Shown here: positions 1 through 15,510 of the stretch, piece after piece | Layout of the letters: each line of letters starts with the position of its first letter | Position numbering within the stretch: position 1 is the stretch's first letter | NCBI RefSeq assembly: GCF_001194135.2 | Contig: NC_068986.1 | Span: 53,538,905-53,602,904 of the forward strand | Reading direction: 5' to 3' | DNA length: 64,000 bases | DNA from: Octopus bimaculoides | Taxonomy: Eukaryota | Translations under genes and position numbers: made by a program | The notes under the pieces: generated by a model | Seen by the model: only the letters and a program-made list of their open reading frames with translations | What the model was told of the DNA's origin: nothing | The model's database searches: none

Positions 1-3000
1 TTAATAACATTTAGGCAAATTAAAGGATTTATTTTTATTTAAATAAAGATTTAATGAAATGATATTTAAAAGTCAATTCACTTGGAAAATGACAGCTTTG
101 ATAAACATTCAAAAAGCATTGCCCTTCAGCATTTAAAGCAGCAACAATCAAAAACTGAAGGCTGATTAAGTAATGCATACAAATATTCAAAACATTATTG
201 CTGAATGAAATAACAAAAATAGATAAGAAAAAAACAAAATCAAAATGGCAATTATACATGGTTCCAATAAAAAAAACATCTTCAAATTTATAATCCTCAA
301 TTTAAAAGTAACATTCCATTTATTTGTTCAGTCTTAAGATACTAATAGTGGCTGTCATCTCCGATGGGTATTCATGCAGCAACTTATTTATTATTCAGCT
401 ATCTATAATTATATTATCTACTGCACTCTTCTTTATGGCAACAGTATATAATTTTAGGGAAATTTGTTTTTCCTGGCATGTCAAATGATCACAGAGAGCT
501 TCCCCCTTTAAGATACTAGTTTCATCATAATAAAATAAATGCATCTTTTTATTCATAAAAGATCAATTTGAGCTAGAATTGAAACGTTTTGTTTAGTCAA
601 TAATTCACATTTAATATTAAGCTGATGAAAATGGCAAATCTTGAAACCATAGTTCTAATGAAGCTAGAAAGCTTAATTTTAATGCATCTTATAATAATAT
701 GCACTGCTCATAGCATAAGTTTATATTGCATGTGCAAATTCTGATTTTTCAATCACATTACAACATTATAATCATTATACTATCAAGAGCTTTGTTGTAT
801 GTTATTGTGAGAAGTCCCAGATTTCTAATTCTCATTTGGAACCACATTCTTTATGCAATTAAAGCCTTTGGGAAATATGAATGCCCTGAACATTCATTTT
901 TGTCTCTAAAAATATGAAACATTTAAATTAAACACTTATTCTTAGCAATAAGATATGAAACTACAATACTACAGTCCTCTGCTCTACCAACTAAGTTATT
1001 GCAAGTTGAACTGAATCATTTTGAGTAATGGGAAAATGCTCTATGGTATTTCTTCTGGCTCTTTGTATTCAGAGTTAATCTTGACAAGGTCAACGTTGCC
1101 TTTCATTCTTCCAGTGTTGATAAAATAGAGCATCAGTCATGTACTGGAGTCAATGGTATCAACTAATCCCCTTCTGAGAAAATTGATAGCTTTAGGCCTA
1201 AATTAGAAACCATTCGTATTTGTAATAAGGCAAGCATTTAATTTTGTCAAATTCTACAAGAATTCACTAAGTTTGCTCATTCCATTAAGATAATAAATGC
1301 AATGTTCTTTGATTCTCAACTGCGTACCATCATTTAATGCCCACTTTTCCGTGCTTGCAAGAGTTAGAATTTGTTGAGGTAGATTTTCTATAGCTGGATG
1401 CTCTTCCATGTAATCAATCTTCATCAGTTTTCAAACGAGGTAATATATTCTCACAGTAAGACACGATTCCACAAAAGACTGGAAATAAAACCTCATATCA
1501 TGAGAATACTCATTTACGACCATCACATTATGTCTAGACAAGAGTACATACAACAACATATGACAGGCTGCTTGCAGTTTGTCTACCAAATCCATTCATA
1601 AGGATTTGATTGGCCCTGGAGCTATAGTAAAAGACATATGCCCGAAGTGCAGCGTAGTGAGACTGAACCCAAGACTACATGGTTGAAATGCAAGTTTAAA
1701 CTACACAACCACACACGTGTTCTCTACAAATTTAGGGTCTCGTGTCAATGCATAGAATATTCATTTGCAGTAATAATGAAAATCTAAACATTATGAAATA
1801 AAGCCGATTAGTTAAAAGTAGAAGATCAAGCCTATACATGCTGAATAATGTTCAATTGCTGCCATAATACACAAGCACCTCCCACCATCACACACAAAAT
1901 CTTTTGATATATTTCTCTTAATAGGTACAGGAATGGCTGTGTGGATTAAAGAGGTTCATTTTGCAACCACTTGATTTCAAGTATGATTTCTGCATGGCAG
2001 CTTGGGCAAATGTCCCCATATAGCTTTGGGCTGATGAATGTCTTATGAATAATTTGGTAGATGGAAAACTATGGAAGCCCACTGAACATGTGTATATGTC
2101 TGTGTTTGTGCATCTATATCTATTTGCCTTCACATTGACATCACTTGACGAGCAGTGACGTTTTATGTCCCATACAAACAATATGTCCAACATCTAGGGG
2201 TTTAGTATGTAAAAGTAATAAAGAGCCTATTTGAAAGCAAAGAATGGTATCAGGAAGGCCATCTGGCAGCAGAAAACTACCTCAAAAAGTCTCATCCAAC
2301 TAAAACCAATCCAGAAAAAACAAAAATCGATGATGATGATTAACACTAAATCTTAAGTGCACTCTGTAGCACTTCATTTTATTTTAGCTTATTACTATCC
2401 AAGTAGCAACTTAGAAGTACTACTCGCAGCTGCTTTCGTCTCTAGTTTCTACAAACGAATGCACCATACGTACATTTATTAATTTGGACTGTTTTTATCA
2501 TCTAGAGGAACAAAGTAAGTTTTAGACTTTTAAGCTCTTTGTTCTACACTATCAATGGGATAGATTATGGCTTGCTACACAATTTTTTTTTCTTTTTAAA
2601 ATGACAAATAAAAGCAGAAACCAATTGAATTAGTGGTTAAAGAACCAAATCAGTTTCATAACCTTGAGATCAATAAACCATCAATGCAATTATATTTGTT
2701 AAATTTCAAATAAAAGACTTTATTATATATATTAAGTAGAAACATACATAAACAAGATACATAAAAGAATGAGAAAGTCGTGTCAAAAGCAAATCTATTT
2801 GGAGCCAATTGTCAGCATAGAAGTGTTAAGCAAAGATAATATATTACTCACAAATATTGATTTTAATATTAATAACATCTGGCTATATAATTCTGTTGAA
2901 AGAGAACCAATAGAAACTTTTGAAATCTGAATTACAATTGGGGAAAAATGTTAGTACTATTAAATAATATCAGATTTAACATTTAGCTCCAAGCTCTTGA

Positions 3001-6000
3001 CAATTCACAAAATAGTATCACAACTCTCTGTTCATAATATATGACGTAGATATCATTGACTGATGCCAAAACAGTTGAATTCAAAAACAAGACAATTTCT
3101 GTTTTTCTTTCAGTTTCATCTCTACTTTTGTTGTTACTCATTATTCAAAGATGTTTGAAAAGTAAAAATGATTGAGTTTATTTATAGAATATAGGTTTAG
3201 AATATCAGATTTCTAAGTTGAGAAAAATTTACGTCAGTAAAATACAATTTTCTTTTTTTTTAAATGAATAATTCATTCCAATCCATTCTCCTCAGTGTAT
3301 ATGATAAAAAAATTACAGTGTATAATAAAGGATTCATTTCTTGTTTTCAAAGCTGGCTTTGATGTAGCTAAGAGATCCATATAGTCACAAATAATCACAT
3401 CTGTTTATTGCTTGTTTGCACTATCAAGCTATATGGCTATGAGACAGAAAATGAGTGGTGACTTGCACAAGCTTGAAGTATCTTACTACTGCTATCACTG
3501 AATCTTTTGTGTTCATGCTTTGGATTGTATCACACTCCAAAAATGGCACCTCTGTTAGTTTTTAGTTGTGCAATCCATCTTCCTGAGAGGAAACTCAACC
3601 TCTCTAGAGATGGTGTAAATGATGAGGTGAACAACTGAAAATTCAGATTACTACGAAGAAGTGGGATCTTGAAGTAATAACTGGTTTTTGCATATATGAC
3701 ATATGTTGGGATTATAACTGGGTGATCTAATGCATAAAACATCTGAGACTGCCAGGTGAAACTGACTTTTGTACATGACATGGATTTACAAGTTGAACTG
3801 GTTCAACTGGTCCCAGGTCACCACTGATACAGTAAATACAGTGTATATGGCCCAAACTTTGTTTTTACTATTTTATCCAGTCAGGTCACTCGCTCAATGC
3901 TCCAGCTTTCTGAAAAGCACTTTTCAGCTACAGTATGAGTTTGACTGCATTTGTAAAGTACCAAAACAATTTGGTGCAATTTGGACTATGTGGCTTAGAA
4001 TTAGTTAAGTAAAGCAACTAGGTACAAATTAAGAGAAAAAAATTGTTATTTAAGTACGACATAATTTTGACAAGTTGATATAGAGATTTAAACCTAATTT
4101 TGCAAACCTGTAAGACACGTTGAAAGTAATCTGAACACTAATAGTGACATTAACTATCAAAAGCAAAGACAAATAAGAACTTGCATTTGCAAGGAAATAT
4201 TCCATTTCACTTTATTAAAATCATTAAATCTTTCGATACTTCAGGTTGCTCAGTATGCTAACAGTAACAGACAAATCACATCTTAAAGAAAGGACATTAA
4301 AGTGATCCTACAAACCACTAAAATTGATGACACGGTCATGGTTGGAATGCTTTTGGTCAGGTCTACTTGCTTAAGTCTAATTTCAGTCTAGTCAACAGTG
4401 ACCTGAAGTGCCAAGGAGAAATTACATAAAAATTTTTTCTCTACTTCAAATGATATTTCCCTCTTAGAACAACCTCCCCCCCCCCACCCAAAAAAGTATA
4501 AGGAATGGTTAATTAACATTAAATCACTCATGTAAAATCTTTTTAATTAGGGGAAGATATAAGCCATATTTTGAATAAAAAAACAAAAAAAACTGTACAA
4601 GTGCAAGGAACATAATGAAAACAATAGCTAAGAACAACAAAAAGTACAATACTGAAAAATAACTACAGTTTAAAACTTCTGATGTGTTACGTATCATGAA
4701 GCTATAAAGTGGAAATTTGGCTTTAGTAGTAGAATAATTCTACTACTTAGGCCAAATTGTAGCAGATGAGAGAAACTCAGTAATTTTCTTTTCATACAAA
4801 ATAGCAAACTAAACTAAAATTTAGCTAGTTACTCAAAGTCCCTAGATACTGACATTGAGGATAAAGGTTTGGAAAAATAAGGGCTGTGTTCATTAACTTT
4901 TTTTTTGTTTTCATCTTGCATGTTCTCCAAAAATGGCGAGAGATCTTCATATCGGACTGAAAATTTGAATGATTGCAACAGAATGGAGTTTGCTGAAGGC
5001 ACCCAAAGACAAGTGGCTCTGTTCAATCAGGCAATGGGTTAGATCCACCACCAAAGAACAGATACATTTCATTTGATAGGCTACTGTACAGATTTTGCCC
5101 ACACTATTTTACTCACAAGACTTGACTGAACCTGAGGATAGAATAGAAGACACCATACTAGAAACGAACTTAAAACCATGTGAATGTGAACATGTCCTAA
5201 GGATATGCCCAGTGTGTGAATTTATAAAATTAGATTGGAAAAACTGCAAAATACCAAAGAATTAAGGAAAGTGATGGTCACAGAAAACCAGATGTGTGCA
5301 GTGAGTCACTTAAAAGCTGGTCATTAGTAACAAAAGAAGTCGAGTTCAAAGACGATATAGTGTAAAAGAAAAAAAAAATACAAACCACAGGGTTAAGATT
5401 AAATGAGGAAATATGAGGCGGGGAAAAAATAATGTCAAGAGCTAGTTGAGTAAGTTCATCCAACGTATGAAAGCAATGATTATGTTGAACATACATAATT
5501 ATTTCAATTATATATTTGGTATTAACTCGAACTATGTCATATCCTAAAGCATAAGAATTAAGTAAAAACAATCCTAATGCCAAAGGATTTACCTAAAATA
5601 TTACAAAGACTTCAAATACTGATAAAAGCATTGGCATAGCTTTAGTAAATGGTTAATTTATTTATAAATTTTTAACTATCAATTTTTATAGAATCTATTG
5701 TGAAGCCGCAGCAGCTCAACTTCTATAGGCTATTGAATTACAGGTTCAGCAGTTTTGCTTCAATGGCAAGACATGCCATTTATCTTGGCTCAGATGATTA
5801 TGTATCTCGTATAGAATTAAAATATTAATTTGAAAAGAAGTTATTTCTAAGAGATAACTCCACATGTTGAGAGAATAACATACTATTTATCAATGTTCTC
5901 TATATATTATTGAGATTCAACCAAAAATATTAACTCTGTTTCTTTTTAAAGATATACATTACAAGCAGTCACAGAGGACCAGTTTTGATTTAGAAATTGT

Positions 6001-9000
6001 GCATCTTGACTTAACTGTTTTTACAATATCAAATACTTAACATTCTTTGCCATTCCCACTAAATTTGGACATTACTATAGCAATACAAAGAGTTGTATTC
6101 ATATACATGTACTCATTTTAAAAATGTGTGACAGCTGAAATATCTAAGTATATAGAAAAGTTATATCCAAAACTTAGTAATTAGATGAAAAAAAATGAAG
6201 TTTTGGTCTACAAAAAAAGTACCTGAGCGAAAGAAAACAGCGATACTTTATAAAATATTTAACACAAACTGAGATTTAATAGTATTTATTAAAATTCTGA
6301 TAGAAACCTCATTTTCAGACATAACAGCATGGATGTATTAAGAACTAAAATTTTTCTGTGAATATCAAGCTATAAAAGAACAAGTATTGAAACAAAAGTA
6401 AAAGCTAGAAACTTTGGCAAACATCCATGTAAAAGAAATCATGAGACAGTGAATGCAAATGCTTAGCTATTAAATACCATAAACTAGAGTCAGATCTGAC
6501 ATGGGGGCATGCACTGCTGCAGTACATTGCTGAATTCTCATGTTGGTATATTTCTGGGTCCTTCTGTGCAACCAACTGAACAGAGTTTCAGTCAGTTCTC
6601 ATCTCAGCAAGATACCTCATCTGCTGTGACCATGTGGCATTTGGTTGACCAACACAAGCAGTCAACCCAGCTGGATCCTCAGTGAGGAGGACACAGTCAG
6701 CAGCGTCTAACACAGAAAATCAAGCAACATGGCAAAACAGTCTGAGCTGGTGCTCCTGAATCATACAAGTAGCAGGATGCATCCTAGTTTCAGAGTAGGG
6801 TCATCATTTGGGTACAAAATCCGACCAATGGTAACCCATAATTATATGAAGCACTCTGGTGCCAAAGATACTATCAAATCAATAAGACTAAATATTGCCA
6901 CTGGATAAAATTGCAGGAAACATTACCAAAGTTCCACCAGACAAAAGGCCAGTTATTAGCATTCTTTAGTCATTGGACTGTGGTTATGCTGGGGCACTAA
7001 TATTAAATAGTTATATGAAGAGAAAGACAAAGTATCCAGTCCAAAGGCATTGACCATTGTACTAGTTATACGAGAGAGATTAGAATGTGGGATTTTAGAC
7101 TGTTTTTGAAAATAATATCTTGAGCAGGGCATGTTCAGTCTTGTTGACTGTCTAGCATTTGTTTGATAATCCTTTATCATAACAAATACGATTAGTGCTG
7201 CTTTATATTAACCACCACCAATTCCTAATGAGAGTGTGGTTAACTTTTTACAGAAATGCATAGCAAACATTTTAATAAGAACCATTTTAGAAATCTGGAT
7301 GAAGAGAAACTGCATCAGGCTGTTATTTGGTGATGCCATGAGTTCTCATAGGTGTTTGAACCAAGAAATAAATTCTTTTTCATCTGAATCCATTGTATAG
7401 AAATGCAATTACATTTTACAAAATTCAATTTCTCATAAAATAACAATGCCTAGAGTTAACCACTTGAAAAATATATTTCCTGAACTGGATGATAAAATAA
7501 ATTATGAACAAGGTCGATAAAAACATTTGAAGGCAGTGCCTCCGTATAGCTGCAGTCCAATAGCTGACACCAGCACATACACACAAAGAGAGAAGAAACA
7601 AAACAAAAAAGAATACATTTCTTTTTACTTTTGATTCTGTAAACTATTTCTAAAGCCAACAATTAATTAACCTTTTGGATCAAACTGAAATGTTATCTGT
7701 TATATAAGACAGAAAAGCTAACAACAGTTCAAGTTGTTTTGGACAGCTATAAAGTAAAACTGTGGCTTTAAAGCAGCATACAATATTTTGGGGTACTATA
7801 TGACTGCAAGTTTGCCATAAAATCTTTTTTTTTAAATAGATATTTTCAAGCAACACAAATCAAAGTGAGAAATCTCAAATATTCACAAGCTCCAGACAAA
7901 ATACCATTTATTGGCATCCTTTAGTCATTGGACTGTGGTCATGCAGGGGTACAGCCTTGAAGGATTTTAGTCAATCAAATGGACCTCTATCCAGTATTTG
8001 ATTTTTAAAGTCTGGTACTATTTGTTGCTTTTGGGGATGCACACATACGAACACCCATGAGAAGTTTCTGTCAACCAAGTCCACTCACAAGGTCTAGGAC
8101 TATAGAAGATACTTGCCTAAGGTGCTGTGCAGTGGAAGTGAACTGAACACCATGTGGTTGCTAAGTGAACTTCTCAACTACACTTCTGTGCTTGCAACTA
8201 TCACATCATCATCAATAGAAAGAAGCATTTTTGCTCTTTCTATGTTCTCTCTTACCACCCCCTTATACTCGTGTTATGTCAGATACTAATTTTCGGAACA
8301 CAACCCATTAGGATCTTCAGAGGAAGAAAAGCAGCACCCAACAAAAATATTGCTCTGAGGGCAGCCAACCTATCACAAACTGTCAATGTCTATAATGTTA
8401 CATGCCAGTAAACTTTGTAGAATCAAGTTTGTTATTCAATGGGAATAAATAAAAGAAAAATTTTGCAATCTTTGTGGCTTTGATCTTTATTAATGAAACC
8501 AATCTGTATATTTCAATTGTAAGACTGATTCTGATATTTCTTTAAGTGGTTGTACAAGATGTGCTTCACAACCAGGAATCTCTACCTATGCCCCATTAGC
8601 TCAGATAAACCCCTAATAAATTTCAGTCAGCATGAACATCGCTTTCATACTTACTTTTTTATGCTTACACAAGTCAGACAAGATTACGTTAATGCAGAGT
8701 GTCTATGGTTGGAAGCTGTTTTTGATGCCAAACCACACCGGCTTTTAAGCAAGATAACCTTCCAACAAACAGTTCAGACATGGTTATGTAGAGAATTGGA
8801 AGCAAACAATGCTGTTTGTTTATTATAATAATAATCACCCAACATATCAGGGGAAATAGGAACTCATCTACACAAACTTGCACATAAGATTCTTGTTTCT
8901 ATCAACCAATTTTACTCACAAGGTATTGACCAGCATACAACTCTCAGAAGAGGTCACCACCTATGCTGTCCATGCAGTGGAAACAAAGTCCTAACTATGT

Positions 9001-12000
9001 GGTTTTGAAGCAAACTTCTTAACCACACAGCCATGCCTGCACCAATAACCATTACTTCTAATTCTTAAATCTCACTCCCCCCATGCAATGAGTTAAGTCT
9101 TAAAAATAAAATACTCCGTCGAAAGCAGATAATTCATGACGTACATGTATCTTTAGCCTGTTAAATTATAAGTTCAAATATTCGGACTTTTATGCTGGTT
9201 TATTGCATAACCCTTAAACGTTCACAAGGGCAAACTGCTGACTGTCGATGAAATATCGTAAATGATCAATATTAAGAAATATGGTAGGTTGTTGCATATG
9301 TAATAACTAAACTTCCCTCAACCAATATTATCCAAGTCATTAGTTGACAAAAACTCCCCCTAAAAAAAATTCAAACAAGGGAGATAACTCCAATAACAGG
9401 ATTAAAATTTTCAGGAATGTAGAATGGAGTGGAGCCGGTTTTTAAAGCCAACTAGTGAAAACAATAGAGATGTTTTAGTTGATCCAAGATTTTCAACTCA
9501 TATATATATATACATACACACACACACACACACAACTCTTCTATAAGTTTATTTGGTAAATTTACCGTTTATTTAATATGCAAAATGTTCCCCTGATGTA
9601 TTCTCTCTCCACAGAACCATGTTGTTAATATTCAGAACCAGGATGACTACATTCCAGATTTAACTTGCTCGTTTTTATATTGTAAATATCTAAAGATGGA
9701 TTCCTATCTACAAATTGTTTGTGTAATATCAAATGATCTAAGTATTTTCAACTCAATAATGGAAGACCCTCACATTTGTGAGGCCCTGACACGTTTGTCT
9801 CGTTAGTAAAACACTCCTTATTATTATTTTATGCCAGCCATATTGTTGCGGTTTCCAAGCCAAGAAAAGGATTTTCTTTCCTTCATTTGAACATTGTAAT
9901 CAGTAAAAACTTTTCAGAACCTCATTATACAATTAGCTGTATGATAATGGGTAACAAGTACCACATTCAAATTAATATCTAACTAGGAATAAGATTAAGT
10001 ACAATCAACAGAAGCTAACTGAATGTCAGCATTTCATGTGCTATTATATTGGCATATGTGAGTTATAACAAGTAAGCTTAGAAAGGTTGCACTGGTTCTG
10101 TACTTCTATCGTCAGTAGCATCCTACAATACAATGATGGTAGATATCTGAAATAGTATTTTATACCAAATTCTAACTCGTTACAACGGCAACAAACACAC
10201 TATTTGCAAATATAAAACTAAAACAGCGTGATATGTATGTTTCTGAAACTGGCAATTTGATGAAAACCAGAGGTTTAAAAAAGAACAAAACACATACACA
10301 CACACTTCAGCGAGATCTGTATACAGAATAGCAAACAATGAACTTGATAATGTAAAACAATCAACTTTAATACTAAATCATTCACAGGATGAATGATATC
10401 AACATTTAACCAAATTTAGTTGTTCATTCTATAACCTTGTCAAAATAAAACAATAGTTGATATTTTAGCGACACTGAAAAACACAATCAAAATTTAAGCT
10501 ATGGGTTCTTCAAACTTAAAAGCTAAATTCATTTCGCATGTCCTATGATCACTGAGATAGCACCATGTATAAAAAATTATTTGGTTGTTTAAAATCCTTA
10601 AGGTAACATTTCACTTTATATTTCCCCTCATTCTACAACTGCACTGACTCTTCTACCCTTAAGGATTTCCCTGGACCTATTCACATCTGCTTTTAATCTC
10701 TAAATCATCCTCAAATATATAAGAAAGAGTTAAAAGTAAATATTTCTTCCAAACTTATATACTAGAAAAAAAAAAAAAAAAAAAACCCCCCTAAACTTCA
10801 TACTTCTGGAAAGGCACTCACTTTCTCCTGAAAGACAAATACGATTTTAAGACTTAGTTTCAAAGCTATAACAGTAATGATGCACTAAAATTACTCTGAT
10901 GTGAAATAGTTGATTAAAAATTATAATTAATACAGAAGAGGTTGTCGTGTATCAAGGTCAAGTTCCATATACAGGTTCAAACACCTAAGTAAATTGAATA
11001 TTTTGTATGAAATATAAATTTTACTAAAGTTGAGGGCAAAAACATTTCATCCAAAGTGACAACTTGTACTAATTACAAAGTCTTTAAACAGTTTTTCAAA
11101 GTTAACTACATTACCACAGAGTACTATTTTATTACGAATTCAAAGTTTCAAAAAGTAGCATTTGTATATTGAAATATTAAACTAAAATTCCTTCAGAGTA
11201 TCTTGTACGCATGTTTTTATCGAGCAAAAACATAGGCGTTTTACGATTGAATGGATAGCATTAGAAATGTAACTCTTGAGAAATAGCATATTTGCCAAAT
11301 TCAAAGAAACGGGCAACCAAATTTGTGAATAAAAATATAAAAAGGGGGCCGTTTAATAAAATATTTATCATTTTTGAAAACCGAATTACTTATATCAAAG
11401 CCCTTTTTCGAGTAATGTTAGCGAAATTAAATATCTTTAACGCTAATTTAAGTAAAAACTGAACACTTTCTTGAGCCTCGTCTGTGATTTTATAAAGACA
11501 TTCATTGGAATTTGTGAATTATAAGACGGAAATGAAAATGAGTGCTGAATCGACAGTAAATGTCTAACAAACACCTAAGGAGTGTTTGAATTAATTTTTT
11601 CTTTTTGTATTTGCTTTTTTCTTAGAAAAATAAATAAAATCCAGAGACAAAATCTCAGAAAATAAAGGAAAATAGTTAGACTGAGTTATCTCAATGTGAA
11701 GTGTCGAGAAGCCGCCATGACACACACCTGACGTGGACAACGGATAGAAATGGATTGTGATGCTTATACGTTAATGAAGCTATAACAAGTTATACTAATG
11801 ACCTAGTTAAGTAAGGTATAAAGAAAAAAGAAATTGAAATACTAGCAAGACGTCAAGAAAAAAAAAAGAAAGGAGTGTTGTTCCTCCTTTATAACGCAGG
11901 ACTTAAGCAGCTTCGTAAATGTGTCGTACTGAATGCAGAACAGTACAGACGAGTAATGAAGTGAAAGTCTAGCAGCAGCAGCAGATCCAATAACAATGCA

Positions 12001-12460
12001 TTGCACAGATTTTACAACTAATAAAGAGTACAAACGATCAGTTGATTAGAATAGAATGATAATATACTAAAAAGTATTCTGAGACTATGAAAGAGAGTGT
12101 ATCAAAAAAGCTAACATACAGGTAGTTGTCACGTAAACAACCAATTATCAGAGACGCTAAAAATCATTTAGTCCTTTAGCTGATGGAGGTGGTACTATTA
12201 TAAAAAGAATTTACTTATTGGAAGGTAGTTATAAGCAAAATCAGAACAATCAACTAACATTAAGAGCGGTAGATGAGAGGTCGCTGGAAACACGAAAAAA
12301 TAACAATCGATAACATAAAAGAATGCAATGAAATGACTGGTACAAATCGGCTGTTCGGCTCACATTTTAATAATACCGTACAGAAATCAATAACAAATAA
12401 TTTAAATAAACAGAAAAGGGTCGAGACGAGTGTTCCTTTAGTTCCATCCTGTTGCTGGTA

Positions 12461-12471
12461 GCCACCTAGTG
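12461..12471 (+). promoter_or_regulatory. CTCF-like motif in a CpG-rich intronic segment
   Basis: GCCACCTAGTG matches the core of the TGCCACCTAGTGG form of the CTCF motif. Motif match only. Confidence 0.3.
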
Positions 12472-13949
12472 ACGGGAAAAAGCAACAAGTCATCACATCG
12501 ACAAGAGAACACGCCCCCAATCAACAATAATAAAACAGAAACAACAATAATTTGACCTCTAAAAACCCCAACAGATGCGTGTTTGCAAAACTGGCGAAAG
12601 AGCTCAATCATCATATTAGATATAGATCGACAAGTCTCAACAGCCTTCTTGAAATCAAAGCTGAAATGGAATTTACTATATTCAAACCATTCATAATATC
12701 AAACGATCTAGAACAAGCTACACGGCTCAATAAAAATAAAATCATAACAATCAATCAACCTCAAGACAATTCTGAGCAGATTAATACTTCTGCAAGAGAT
12801 AATTACCAAAGAATTTTAAATAACCAACCATAAGATTCAATGTCTTGAAAGTGATATTTAGTACGGCTGTTGATCAACTTAAATTTCATCATGTCAATCA
12901 GAACTAAATTCAACTCGGATAACAAATTCATTAAATATAATGGTGATAAGGTAAAATTTGAGACTGACACAACAATTTCACTGACATCATTTGTATATAA
13001 AATGTGGTTTATATTAAACAGTTACGCAAAAATAGTTCCGATTTTTTGAATAGATCATCGATAAATTATCAAATCGTGTTGTAAATAGCAGCTGGTGTTA
13101 TATATATATAAGACACGCACACAGCTCTTTTAGTTAAAGTCATGAGGCAGAAAGAGTATATTAATTAGAAACACTAACATATTTAATGTGGGTGTAGCGA
13201 AGTTGAATCACCCACTTGTGAAGGAGTGTGTTTTTCTTAAAAATTTCTATAGAACAAATTATTCTTCAACGGCACAAAATCTATAGAATCCAATGAAAAG
13301 TTGTGAAACGAAAACAGTAAATAATGATATTTATGTAAAAGTCGCTGAACGATGCTAGAGTAAGAAGACAGCGAAAAGGTAAATCGTCAAAAGAATATAT
13401 AAATATATATGTGTGTGTATATATATATATATATACAAGAGAAAAACATCACGCCATAAAGCATGAGTAATAGATAAGGTAGCAGTGCTAGGAGATTTAA
13501 CGTGCGTGGTGGCACATAGGGGGGCGTATCTCATACACAATCCACATTAAGCTATTAATAATTAATATTCGATTTAAATAGATCTCTCATTGAAGTAGTT
13601 TTTATTTAAACATCACATTGCAATAAAAATATGCAGAAATAAAAGACGTGTGCGATGAATGTCAAATAAAAATCATTTACCGAGACTTACAAAGTGGTCG
13701 AGAAAAGAGGGTCCTACTTAAATTAGGCAATAAACAGCTGGCTAATCCCTCACTTAGAGACCATCTAGCATCGTATTAGAATAATTTGTTCAACATCACA
13801 ACAAAATTAAAACCTAATAATCTTGCACTACTGGTAAGTAAAGCGTTTTTTAATTGCTGTAGTAAGTATAAAATTTATGTCAAAACTTTCGGTAAATATG
13901 TTTAAAATTCTTAAAAACAAAATGACTTAACTAGCCATGCGCACACCCC

Positions 13950-13990
<41 letters not shown>

Positions 13991-14379
13991 GGAGAGAGAG
14001 AGATCGTAGCCGATTTTGAATTTCTGAATGAATGCAAAATGTTCATACAATAATCATATATTTTGTTTGTAACTGTAGTGGTGCGATGTGGGTATGTAAT
14101 GGAAATTAAATGAGATGAACTGAATGAATGAAACGTGTGCGATTTCAGGTAGCAAAACAGTCAGATTTAACAACTGTTACATTTCCAGATCACAAGATGC
14201 AAGCACAAAACATATTTCTTCAGATGCAGATGATAGAACAATAATAATAATGATGATTTCTACTAGGAATACTGCCACACATTTGGGGNNNNNNNNNNNN
14301 NNNNNNNNNNNNNNNNNNNNNNNNNNNNNNNGGGGGGGGGGGTCAGAGGAATAAATATTTAACTCTTATTCAATCCGTT

Positions 14380-14508
14380 CTACTTCTCATATTTTACCGA
14401 TTTCAGAAAGATAAACGGCATAGACCGCAGCAGGATTCGAACTCAAAATGTAAAGGGACATAACACACAAGGACTATTTGTCAGTTGTTCTACCGAATCT
14501 GCCACCCA
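14380..14508 (-). mobile_element. Diverged tRNA-derived SINE (Meta/MESC-like family), partial
   Basis: Reverse complement resembles the GGCAGAATCGTTAG...TTCTGAGTTCAAAT...CCTTTCATCC family copies at 47281 and 55255. Confidence 0.55.
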
Positions 14509-15465
14509 CCGAACTGACAATATGTGATAATCTAAATTTATTGATCCAATCCAAACGAATTTAGTTAATAATATTAATTCTGTGGTTAACAAACGACTCC
14601 AGTTTCAACATCAATTTGTCAGCTCGGACATTGTGAATACTGTGGAATATCCCTATTTCGTTTAGGTGCGAGATATGGTCAGATATTGTCACTTTTCTTT
14701 AAAAGAATAAGCTTATAATAAAAGCAAAAGACGGAAAAGGGATGCCGGCGGGGAGAGCGGAAATGACTATATATAAAATTATACACACACATATGTATGA
14801 GGGAGGTAAGGCAATGATACGCTTCCCTGAATATCAATAAACATATATACATATATATATATATATACCAAAAATGAGGTGTATATTTCAAATAAAATAA
14901 ATTAGAGTTATCAGTTGAAGATTCAAGATTTTAAAAATATTTTTATTAGATTATGTAATGAAAATTTTAAAATATGACCTTATTTCAAAAGAACCAAATA
15001 AAACTATTGTTTGAAAATCTTTTCAACGCCCCCTTTTTTTTTTCTTAACTTCCTCGATATTTTTTTTTATTACACTGAAATAATACATAAATCGGAAATA
15101 TATTTTCTACCTTAAATATTAAAATTAATTATTTGAATATCAACAAGTATTGATAATACGACATAGTTTAGTGGTGTGTGTGTGTGTGTGTGTCGAAGTA
15201 AGCAAAGCTTTGTATATTATATTAGGTTGAAAAATAAATCATGATTATAAACTAGAAGCCAAGAACAAACTAATAAATATATTTAATGAATGTACCATAA
15301 TAAATACACGATCGCAATACCAGGAAGAAGTATATATACATTTCTTTGGTGTTAGAAAAGGCTGTGTACAGCTTTAGTCAGACATTTTTTTCGCCTGGCC
15401 GCCCCCTTTCTTGAATTTTGCGGTGGTATGAAAAATGCCAGTTTCAATTAAACAAGAGAACCTAC

Positions 15466-15510
15466 CTGTAAATGCTCTTGAAAACGTATTGGAAGCAATT
15501 GAGTCGCCAT
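15466..15510 (-). CDS. CLTC: Clathrin heavy chain, first coding exon (15 codons, phase-0 donor); gene continues leftwards beyond the window
   Basis: Minus strand reads GGAAG ATG GCG ACT CAA TTG CTT CCA ATA CGT TTT CAA GAG CAT TTA CAG|gtaggt = MATQLLPIRFQEHLQ. This matches the conserved CHC N-terminus (human MAQILPIRFQEHLQ), and the donor falls after HLQ as in vertebrate CLTC exon 1. Confidence 0.95.

Larger units (their letters stand above)
1..15465 (-). other. CLTC: CLTC intron 1 (partial, at least 15.4 kb)
   Basis: Begins with GT at 15465-15464. Manual scanning found no segment encoding the expected exon 2 peptide (LQNxGIN...TMESDKFIC...RRPISADSAIMNP) in 1-15465. Confidence 0.8.

Noticed and set aside
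4829-5026. Minus ORF as a possible CLTC exon
   Set aside because: It does not match the CHC exon 2 peptide and looks like repeat-derived sequence.
8290-8320. Minus-strand CTGAAGA...GAAA spacing
   Set aside because: No stem II or stem I pairing.
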